DNA of 62,323 nt, counting the filler, from Bipalium vagum (taxonomy: Eukaryota), in assembly GCA_037834085.1 (NCBI GenBank). It is 3 parts of 3 records of this genome, joined end to end, with 100 filler letters (N's around TTAATTAATTAA, not from the genome) between each part and the next. Parts side by side here need not be neighbours in the genome. Positions count along the whole stretch, not along the records: positions 46,508 to 62,323 come from JBBMKC010144489.1; 2 more parts are not named here. One strand, given 5' to 3'. The position numbers were made by a program, and so were the translations under genes. Position 1 is the first letter of the stretch; each line of letters opens with the position of its first letter. This document shows, piece by piece, positions 52,601-62,323 of this stretch. The notes below the pieces were generated by a model that did no database searches, was not told the origin of the DNA, and saw nothing but the letters and a program-made list of their open reading frames with translations.

Positions 52601-55264
52601 AGCCAAGTATTGTTCATTAGAAACTATTATTACTTTTTTATTTTCCCGAATCCAACCATTCTTGATTTCTGAATCATTTGCTAAATGTAATCATAGTTTC
52701 ATGTCAAATTACTCTTGAATGGAAAATTGCTGAAATCAAAATTTTGTGAACCTTGTTAAAATGTATCTTCCTCCCATTACTTAGGAATATATAAAATGAA
52801 TTCTAATTTTAATTGTCAATCTTATATAAAAATTTTCACGCGACAGAATTAAAAGAATAGCAAAATAAATCGATTAAGAAATCTTATGAGAAATATTAGG
52901 TCATTAAAAAGTTAGTGCCCGATTTTATTAAAAATTCATGTAGCCAAAATTTTAATAAAACGATTTTATTAATCATTAAAATAGTCACCATTTCTCTCTG
53001 CATTTAGTTTCTAACGATCTAAATGTTTTCGATAACATGTTTAAAACATTCTCTTGTCTTTCACAGGATGAAGTTGTTGAAATAAATTTTAACAGACTCT
53101 ACAGAACAAAATTTCTTTCCACTCAAATTGTTGCTTTAAGACCGGAAGAGATAAAAATCTGTTGGTGCCATGTCTGGGGAGTAAGGAAGATGCTGTAAAA
53201 TTTCATACTCTACTTCTCGTAGTCTTCTTAAGGTTTTATATGTAATGTGAGGCCTGACTTTATCGTGGTGAAAGATTATTCCTTGCCTATTTATTAAAGC
53301 TGGATGACTTTGATAATTACAGTATCGACTCGTGAGAGTTAATCACAGTATTTATCTGCATTTATAGTTTCACTACGTTGGAGCAGTTCATAATAAATAA
53401 TGCCTCTGAAATCACACGAAATATACAGTATTACCTTCATTTGGTATTGACAGCCTTTGGATCTTGCTCTGAGCTTTCATTGACTTTCTTTTAGGTTCTT
53501 CTACGCTTCACGTTATAGTACAGGATTCCATTTTCATCACATGTTACTAATCTGAACAAGCCTAATCTGAACGTCCAGAACAAGATAAATCTTCCAAGCT
53601 AAAATCCCCATCACGAAATCGCCAAAACATTTCTTAATAGCCCTTAAAGAAGGAGTACCATTTTAATTAACTCCATGAACGTTTTTATAAGCAATTCCAA
53701 CAAACACTTTTAAGAAATTCATATAACATTACAGGACGTAAATGTATTTTATCTATATTCATATTTTAAACAATACTGCAAGGTAAATATACATTTCTTA
53801 AATAAGTATTTTACTTAAAATAATACCTGTTAATATCACCTAAACAGTATAATTCATTTTAATATAAAACATTAGTTATAAAGTTCTGATTCTGGTTTGT
53901 AATACAGTATTTGAAAATCGGGCACCCAATACTATAAAATGTCTGATAGCCCATTATAACTTTAAATTTATAATCGAGATATTTTATCTCAAAATTTAGA
54001 TTGTCAGTTCTAAACAGCACAATTGATTAATTAAAAATAAATATAAAATTAATTGTAAGATGACGATATATCTTGTTTTAATTAATGATTTTAATAATTA
54101 TTTTTGACAAAATACTCAGAATTTTTTAGATTTTCGGATATATAACCATCGTATTAGGAAAATTTAAAGATGTTACCATGGCAAAAAATGTAATAAAACT
54201 TCTTCTACGACTGAATAGGGAAGATTAGTTTTTTCTCTCTCTCCACAATGCTAAATAACAGATTTGACAATTGTCCTTTCGGAAATAAGTTGTTCTTTAA
54301 CTGAAATGATAATTGAAAATACAATGGTATTAGTTGATTTGAATTTATTAGTGCTAAATAGACTCAGATGTAATTTCATCAAAACTAATTTTATTCACAG
54401 TAACTAATCTTTTTTAAATCTTTCTGTCAATAATGAAATTTTATAGCTTATTTTTGTCAATAGTGGTGACATCTTTTCAATTTTAAGAATCTTGTTAATA
54501 AATCAAATCAATGGCTAGTTTATCCAACTTTGGTTAATTTTTGATTAATTAATTATTAATCTCTAATTAAATTTTGATAGATAAAAAATTATAAATATAA
54601 GTATATCTGAAAATAAAATTGTTATAGATCCTGCATACAATCTTTTCTTTAGAAGTCACTGTTTCGAAATTATATTTTTGAAGTTTATATACATTGAGAA
54701 TTTTTTGTACGACATATTTGAAAACGATATAATAATTGCTATATTTTTTTCACTTTAAAAGTATTTAATATTTTTTAAGAGTAAATCAGAGCCGGAATGT
54801 TTTGAATAATTATGACTTCAAAATTGAACCTGATCTTAAAATTTTTAAGTAATTCTGCCAAACTGTATTTAAAACAATTTACCTTTTCAGACGATTCAGT
54901 AACGTCAAGGACTAGGCCAATTTCAATACATCTTTTCGGTAACGAATTTACTACCAATCCTAAGCCACTGAAGTATCGCATCGAAAAATGTGATTTGTTT
55001 GGATTTTCAAGCGTCCAAATGAGTCCGTTGATGGAACAGTCGATTGAAAACTCGTCGAGCAAAACAACACTGTCGTCATTATCTTTTCACCAATTTAATC
55101 GTTTAATTTCTTCGGAAGATTCGTGCGCAAAATCTCCTTCAGCTGAGCCCAGCCCTTCTCTGGATAATTTCGAAATCAATACGGAAACAGCTGCGTTTCT
55201 CTACAACGATCTGATGTGGTCTAAGCTGAACTCGGCATTTGATGATTATGATACTTTTGAATGA
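46666..55264 (+). CDS. Uncharacterised Ser/acidic-rich protein, last three exons, 5'-partial
   Basis: Exons 46666-46933 (tttag|CTT...AAT G|gtaat), 49072-49458 (atcag|AA TCT...TCT G|gttag) and 54891-55264 (ttttcag|AC GAT...TGA). Both junctions are phase 1 and splice into one open frame of about 340 aa. Family not recognised. Confidence 0.72.
49672..49746 (-). repeat. Possible tRNA-derived SINE head
   Basis: Minus strand AGGTCAAAAGTTCAAGTCCCGCC resembles a Pol III B-box/T-arm; the A-box is degenerate. Confidence 0.3.
50270..50600 (+). mobile_element. Mariner 5' remnant, same family as 6950-7690
   Basis: Both loci share TTCAGCA.TGAA.ATGATGA...TGAAAGCGATACA. Confidence 0.7.
51214..52364 (-). 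mobile_element. Decayed DD41D (rosa)-like Tc1/mariner element
   Basis: Reads MGEE*HFQLNGYINMQN (cf. SDEAHFHLNGYVNKQN), IIHSYFF and CQQDETTVYIAR (cf. FQQDGATxHTAR). Degenerate TIRs TACAGGGTAGCCC / GGACCACCCCTTTA. Confidence 0.75.
52894..53931 (-). mobile_element. Decayed mariner with partial TIR pair
   Basis: GTGCCCGATTTT (52915-52926) is inverted relative to AAAATCGGGCAC (53914-53925). Fragments read FRDGDFSLED, LVTCDEKW, IIFHHDKVRPH and QHLPYSPDMAPTDFYLFRS. Confidence 0.85.
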
Positions 55265-55867
55265 AAATATATTTTCAACCTTTTTCTTTTTGTTGTGTCC
55301 TCTGTATAAATTTGCTATATATTTGTGTGCATTTTAATAATTGGCTTTTTTCCTCTGTCTCTCTGTGTTTATAAAGATTTTATTTAAGCATGGGGAAGGG
55401 AAGGGGATATTTTTATATGAACGAAATCTTGTTTCTGTACAGCGTTTTATTTTCAATTGTCATTGAGTTTATAATAATTTTAAATAAAATTGAGATTTTT
55501 GTATATTTTTATGATCTTGTAAAATATATGTTTTACTGTTTATTTGTTTATGTTTCACATTGAGATTTGTAAAAGCTTTTAATTTATTTTATTTTTTGCT
55601 GCTAATAGTAAAATATTATAATTATTAATTTGTGAAATTTATTTTTAGTTTGCAAGTTGCGCTTATTAACCGAAAAATGTATCATTAAAAATATCAGAAA
55701 ACAGGAGAATGTTTAATTCAAAATATGATCCATGATAACCAATGCATATCTGTCAACTCGAAATAAGTTCATTTATTCCAAATATATTTATTTATTTATA
55801 TTTATATTATTAAAGATTTGTTTTATATATGACGACAGATTTGGGTTTTACTACTGTTTGTCAATAA

Positions 55868-56990
55868 ATATAGGTTGCGTGAAGTCTTCAGCTTTTCACA
55901 TGAATGGTACTAATTTTGGAAGAAAACTATTTTTAGCTAATTATTCCATCTATTAGAAGATCCACGTAAAATTTAAAATAAATCTAAAGTGATTCTTTGC
56001 CTATATGTGTATAAAGCTGTTTATTTTTAGAATGGAAAATATGAAAAATCGTACTGTGATTAAATATTATTCAAAAAGGATTATCCAGAAAAGATTTTCA
56101 TTCAGATATGGTTGATGTATTTGGTGAAAGTGCTCCTTCCTATTTGACAGTGAAAAATTGGGTCACTGTACTTAAATCTGTTTGTAGATCAATTAAAGAT
56201 GATCATCGTAGTGATCAGCCCAAAAATGCATCAACATCAGAAATTTTTGAAGAAATCCATATTATTGCTTGTGAAAAATTAAGTATAACTAATGAATAGC
56301 TCAAAAAATTGGAGTTTCGGTAAACGTGTGAATATGATTTAAATATGAAAAGGCTTTTCTGAAAAGTGCCGTATTTGAGAACAGTACAACAAAAACTCAT
56401 GCGAAAACAGTTTTCAGAAGAATGTTTGAATCAATTTAGGAAAAATAAAACTGGTTTAATCCGTTGAGTCATAAATGTAGATGATACTTTGATCTATCAT
56501 CATGATCCTAAATTTAAACAAGAATGTTTGTAGTGCACAGAAGCAGGATGTTTCGTTTCTAAGCACTCAAAAAGAGAACGATCAGTGAGAAAGGTTATGG
56601 CATCTTTTTCCTGGATGCAAAAGGTGTTTTATTGATCGAATACCTAGAAATGTAAAAACAATCAACTCCAATCACTATACTAATCTATGAGATTAATTGG
56701 TGGAAAAAATTCGTATAAAAAGACATGGATTGAAAATGAAGAAATTATCTTTCATCAGGACAATGCATCATCTCACAAAAGTGATTTGACAATGGCAAAA
56801 ATGAACTATTAAATTTCGGAATTATTACACATTGCCATATTTTCTAGATTTTTCTCCTAAAGATTTTTTCAGAAACCTTAAGAAATTCCTTCGTGGTAGG
56901 TTTTATGCATCAAATGAGGAAGTTGAGATAACTGTGAATCAGTATTATCGAGATCATATAGATTCGCATTTTAGACATGGAAAAATAAAG
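55868..56990 (+). mobile_element. Near full-length decayed mariner, irritans/Himar1-like
   Basis: Reads MENMKNRTVIKY...DMVDVFGESAPSYLTVKNW...DDHRSDQP, INVDDTLIYHHDP, KVMASF.WDAKGV and IIFHQDNASSH. Confidence 0.88.
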
Positions 56991-57299
56991 AAAGAAGAAC
57001 TCTATGTATGATTTAAACTAAGTTAATTTTTTCTAAAGTATTTTTTATGCATTTTCTTTAATATCAATCCATGATCTAAATATCAATCTAACACTGAGCC
57101 TTCTATTTATAATTATTTTTATCAAATTAAATGAACATTAATTTTTCCGAGAAGATATTTAAAGTTTGATAACATACTTTCTTTTACTCTTATTTTTTCT
57201 GGACAGAATGGAAAATATTTAGATGTATCATATAATTCAATTTTATATAAAAATCTTTATTTATTAGATAATAATAACGGTGTTTTTTTAAAAATTAAA

Positions 57300-58300
57300 T
57301 TCTTGACTTCTTTCACTTCTCCTGTTGGTAATGACATTGTCATTCAACTAGAATATAAAGAATTTGCATCATAATACTTAAGATATCTTTGTTTAAAATA
57401 GCAACCAAAATTTATTTCCTTATTGTTGTCAAAATCATTTATAACATTATCTCATTCATATTTTTCTGTTTCATAATAATAATCAAAATTAGGATTAGCT
57501 ATTTTAATATTTAGTTTTAGTTTTCCATTTCCATGAACAACAGGTGTTCCTCCTCCTATTCCTTGTTCCATTAATAATTAATAATCATGCTTCTTTTAAT
57601 ATTTTAAATTTACCTTACTTCATTTTAATTTACATTTCCATCTTAATCCTGGAGCAGAATAACAATAACATAAATTTATATCATACTATTCTAAACATTT
57701 ATCTCTTATATTTTCCATAAAATCAGCTAAAGCTAAAATATCTAATTTCATGTAATGTAAAGTATATTCTTTTAAGTTCCTAAATTTCCTAGAGTCTTCT
57801 AAAAAATATTTGATAGTCTTAATCTAAAATTTATGATTATTTTTAAACTTAATCAAAACTATTTTTTAGTGGAATACTTTTTTTTAATAATAATTCATTT
57901 ACTTTATTAAAGTTTTCTCCTTGAACATAATCATAAGAATAGATAACTTTCTTTGGTATGAGGTTATATTCATTTAATATTTCATGTTTAGATTTATCTT
58001 TCAAAATTTTTCAAATTTTATAAATTACACTGTAGATTCTACCATTCTTAATGAATCAAAAAATATAATAATTTTAAATCTAAGACTAATATAAATTTTA
58101 TCAGTACTTGCAATTATATTTTTTATTTAATAAAAAAATTTCTTTATAATTTCTTTAAAGAATAAATGAAATTCATTTCTATTTTATTAATGAATTAATA
58201 AAATCATCTAAAACGTTTTCTAACCATTAACATTTTAAAAAAAATACAAAAGATTTTATTTGAAAAATAAACCACAAAAAATTTGCCAGATGACAAATCC
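57300..58300 (-). pseudogene. Polinton/Maverick (adintovirus-like) protein-primed DNA polymerase B relic
   Basis: Ordered motifs: IASTDKIYISL, IFFDSLRM, KKVIYSYDY (cf. KGxFPYEY), LKEYTLHYMKLDILALADFMENIRDKCL (cf. [24 protein letters not shown]), CYSAPGLRW, MEQGIGGG (cf. GIRGG), YYDANSLYS..MSLPTG (cf. YLDANNLYGxAMxxxLP). Stops and frameshifts throughout. Confidence 0.85.
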
Positions 58301-58692
58301 AATTTTAGCTAACACTCATTTTGGCTTCTTTCATCCACAGCTAACCATTTTCTAACCATTAACATTTACATTGACGATATAGCAGTTATTATTCCTTGTA
58401 ATCCCTTTATCGATTCTGACGATTCTGTTACTGTTATCATTGTGACTTGTGCGTGATATTGTGATATAAATACAAATTATTGCCTTACTGATTGCCTTAC
58501 TGATTTTTGCACAAACTAAGAGTTGGGGTCAGGTTAAAGTTGATACACTAAATATTGAACAATATAATTATTTAAAGGATTGTTGGGCAAGTCTAACAGA
58601 ATCTTTAGTAAGGAATGTATGAAATATGACACATGACATCCTCAACAGACCATGGAAAGAGAGAATTATGTATCTATCAAAACTTAAGATAG

Positions 58693-59161
58693 TGTTGGCG
58701 CAAACCTACCCCTTAGCTTAACTGACCTTACTAAGGTTTCTATGGGCCTAACTATCGAGGTCGCACCCCACCCTTCAAAACAAACACAAAAACACTCTAA
58801 ATAAAAATTTATTTAATGAGGGTGAGACCCTTGTAAATAAACAATTAAATAAGTAAACAAACTGCAACAGGCAGTCAATAAACAAGCAAACTGCAACAGG
58901 CAGTCTTACCAAACACTCTCAAACAAACTGCAAGACAGTCACTCACCAAACAATCCTAATTATAAAGCTGTGCCAGAGAAAACCCTGGTCAGCAAAAATA
59001 AAATTATCATAATCATACCTGATAATCTTCTGGGCGAAAAATAATGAATTTTCACTGGCTTATATACTTTTTCAGAGTTGATTTTAGCGTCTCTGATTGA
59101 CCAATTAAGCTGTCAATCATAACGTACTTACTATATTTAATTTAGGAATTTTAGGGTGACA
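58693..59161 (-). repeat. LTR-like module with internal tandem repeats
   Basis: TG...CA ends; minus-strand TATATAA (59066-59060) and AATAAA (58813-58808); repeats CAAACTGCAACAGGCAGTC at 58858 and 58887 with a variant at 58924. No target-site duplication found. Confidence 0.35.
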
Positions 59162-60136
59162 TGCTACTGATTAAAAATCAGTAGTTGCTCCTAAAATAAT
59201 ATTTAAAATTAAATTTTTAAAAATTTAGTTAATTAATTTAAATTAATAATTAATAATTAAATTACATGGTTTAAATTAGCCAGCACTTATTTAATTTTAA
59301 TTTTTCGTCAAAAATTTTAATTACAGAAGTTTTTAAAGATGGGAGTCAAACCTCAACAATATGATAACGAGGCAGCAGCCCCAATATCAAATTTATTTTT
59401 GGTCTACTAAGTCGAATCTCTACAAGCGCAACATAATAGTAAGGGAGTTATACAATATTTTATTATCATAACTTCAGAATAGGTCAATTAAGATGAAAAA
59501 TAAAATACACCCCTCTAAGAAATCAAAAATAATTTAAGAAACATTAAGGAATCAAAATGAATAATTTTGAGACAGACCGAAAATATATCCAAATTTTATA
59601 AAAACCCAGTCTATAAAATAGTTTTATTATAACTTAATATTTTCTATTTCTCTTATGAATTTGAAAAATTTACTTTTCAAACATTTTAATATACAAGAAA
59701 CATTACATTTCACAAAGATTGATATGATAATAAGCTTTTAAAATTAAAATTGAATACATTTAATATTTTTTAAATTATATCTATAATTAATTTTTTTCTA
59801 TAAATGATTCAATTTATGTTGTAAGATATGAATAACATTTTTTCTACTTTATTATAAATCTAAAAGATCTTGACTCATGTTATCTCGAAAGAAATTACCT
59901 AAGAAATTTCTAGTACTAATTTTAATGAAAAATTTTTCTCTAAATCTTAAAACAGAAATCAGTTCTAAATTAAAATGTCCGTCTTATAAATTCAAATATG
60001 TCAAATTTGTTATATTGGACTATTTGAGTTTATTTTAAGTGTATATTATTTTATTTTAGTTTCACTTTTCTAATTTTGTTTTAAAATAAAAAGTAAGGTA
60101 TTTGGGATTTTGTAATAGTTCTTATTATATAATCAG

Positions 60137-61102
60137 ATGAGTGAAGGAGGAAAATATGTCAAAGAGTTGTCATTTGCTGAAAATTTTGCTCTCAGTGGAG
60201 CTGCAGCAGTGATTTCGAAAACTGCGGCTGCTCCTATCGAAAGAGTAAAGCTCATGGTCCAAAATCAAGGAGAAATGATAAAACAAGGTGTTCTAGACAG
60301 GCCTTATAACGGGGTTGTTGATTGTACACTAAGAACCTTTAAAAATGAGGGTCTCTTGCCATTTTGGAGAGGCAATTTGGCAAATTGCATAAGATATTTT
60401 CCTACCCAAGCTTTAAATTTTGCTTTTAAAGACAAAATTAAAGTCATGTTTGATCCAAAAAAGACGGACCCTCAATACATGGTTTTCGGTAAAAACATTG
60501 CTAGTGGTGGTGCGGCTGGTGCAATGTCATTACTCTTTGTATACTCACTGGATTATACCAGAACTCGCTTGGCAAATGATGCTAAATCAAGCAAGAAGGG
60601 TGGCGAAAGACAGTTCAACGGAATGATTGACGTTTACAAGTATATATATATTGATTACAATTGACTATAAAACTTCCCGGTAAATAGGAAAACTCTTAAA
60701 TCCGACGGCATTGTCGGTCTGTATCGTGGTTTTGTCATATCGTGTGTGGGCATTATTGTTTACCGAGGATGCTACTTCGGATTTTATGACACGTTGAAAC
60801 CGTTACTGCTCGGACATGATGCCGGTGTTATGAGCAGCTTTGCTCTCGGTTATGGTGTCACAGTGACCTCAGGGCTTATTTCTTATCCCATCGACACGAT
60901 TCGACGACGAATGATGATGACCTCGGGCCAGGCGGTCAAATACAAGGGTTCCATCGACTGCGGAGTTCAAATTCTGAAGCATGAAGGATTCATGTCCCTC
61001 ATGAAGGGGGCCGGGGCCAATATTCTAAGAGGGGTCGCCGGCGCAGGTGTGTTGGCCGGTTTCGATAAATTTAAAGATTTATATGTGAAGTTGAGAAAAT
61101 AG
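60137..61102 (+). CDS. ANT: Mitochondrial ADP/ATP carrier (adenine nucleotide translocase, SLC25 family), 2 exons, 305 aa
   Basis: Exons 60137-60639 and 60688-61102 with a 48-nt GT-AG intron. Motifs [43 protein letters not shown] (ANT signature) and [10 protein letters not shown]. Confidence 0.97.
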
Positions 61103-61394
61103 AGAAAGAAAAATGTCAGTTTAGAAAGACTTAGCAAAAGATAGCTTTCAATAAATTCTATTGTGTAATTATTGATTAATTTTTTAAATAGCACAATTTT
61201 GTAGTGGGTTTCTTTTCAAACTTTTCGCGTAAGTCTTTCTTGAAAGCCAATCGATAACGGACTAAACGATAATTAAACTGCGTTTATATGTGAATATAGC
61301 CTTGTTAAGTCTAAGATCATGCCGTGAACGAAACACAGTAACTTGAGCATTAACCTTTAAATTATATTCTGATTACACTCTTTGGCTGGCTTTT

Positions 61395-61560
61395 CAATAT
61401 ATTGTTCAAGTGGTACCATATTTGGCTTTGATAATAAGTAGTGTGGCACTGGTATTATCAATAATTCGGAAATAATCATACCAGTTAAGCTTTGTTAAGC
61501 CACTTATGAATAATTTACAGCCCGTGTTAGTGTTACTAAATTTAGGAAATGTACTTAGAT
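61395..61560 (-). mobile_element. Tc1-like C-terminal remnant
   Basis: IIKAKYGTT resembles the Tc1 terminal VIKAKGGxTKY. Confidence 0.4.
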
Positions 61561-62323
61561 TTTTATAATTATTAAATATTTGTTTCTTAATAGAATGAAA
61601 ATTCAAAGTTTGATGTTATTTACGCCTTATTTAGCGGATTAAATAAAAAATCTCGACTTTGATCTAAATGGTCGATTTGTTAATTTGTGAAACTAAACAG
61701 AAGGCTGTTTTTATTTATAATTGAAGATGAGATTTGTTTATATTTGTTAAGTTTAAATGTTACCAATTTAGAAAAGATTATTGCAGAAGTAAAACAAAAT
61801 CATGTTATAAAATTATTTTAAGTTTTAAAAATTGTATTATTTTTCACAGTTCAGTAACACGCTGTTAATAATGTCATTTCGGTTCGGAGTATTTCAATAT
61901 TAATGTCTACATTTTTCGATTACAATTAAACAAATACTAGTCTTTAAAAATTATTTAATAGATGTTGATATATTGGTTCTTAGAATTATTTTAATCTTCA
62001 ATTTAAAAGTTTTAATTTATTTTATTATTAGTAGTAATATTGTCTTAATATTATTCTTTTCAACAGTTACAGATGGTGTAAGTGTTTCTTGGGCAAACTC
62101 TAGATATATATATATTAAGGTGTTGACTTTTTTCACTTTTTTTCGAATATTCAAAAAAGCCTTTACTTTTCTAATGATCTTTTTTACGCTGATTTCAAAT
62201 ATGTAAACCGTTTTTTTGTATCTTAAAAAAAAACCACTAACTTTTTAAATTTTATATTTTACAAAAAAATCTCCCATTTAAAAATAAAATACTTGAAATA
62301 AAAAGAAAACCATAAGAACTTTG

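Noticed and set aside
58858-58940. Spaced 19-nt direct repeats as a CRISPR-like array
   Set aside because: Only 2-3 units with short irregular spacers, eukaryotic context and no cas genes.
233-62206. Most remaining 60-100 aa ORFs in the track
   Set aside because: Ile/Phe/Lys/Asn-rich chance ORFs of AT-rich DNA or fragments of decayed transposons.

Overview
Very AT-rich animal genomic DNA with spliceosomal GT-AG introns of two size classes (45-59 nt and kilobase-scale). It is most likely from a flatworm, possibly a planarian; this is an inference from the ADP/ATP carrier type, short introns, (TAA)n microsatellites and heavy mariner load. Three host genes can be built by hand. (1) Beta-spectrin on the minus strand: 7 exons, 44160->28487, 1289 codons, C-terminal part not found in the window. 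(2) An unrecognised Ser/acidic-rich gene on the plus strand: three phase-compatible exons, 46666-55264, 5' end missing. (3) A complete two-exon mitochondrial ADP/ATP carrier, 60137-61102, 305 aa, with fungal/plant-like signature motifs. The rest is mostly decayed mobile DNA: many mariner (DD34D) remnants from several subfamilies, a near full-length DD37E element, DD37D-like, DD41D-like and Tc1 remnants, a Penelope-like RT, an RLE-type non-LTR remnant followed by a hammerhead-like motif, a Polinton/Maverick-type protein-primed DNA polymerase relic, tRNA-derived sequences and an LTR-like module. There are three N gaps, two carrying an artificial TTAATTAATTAA linker. I found no intact, clearly novel multi-gene system. 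The best leads are the orphan gene, the hammerhead-like motif at the LINE 3' end, the Polinton polymerase relic, the atypical ADP/ATP carrier and the apparently truncated beta-spectrin. TE boundaries are approximate unless TIRs are quoted.
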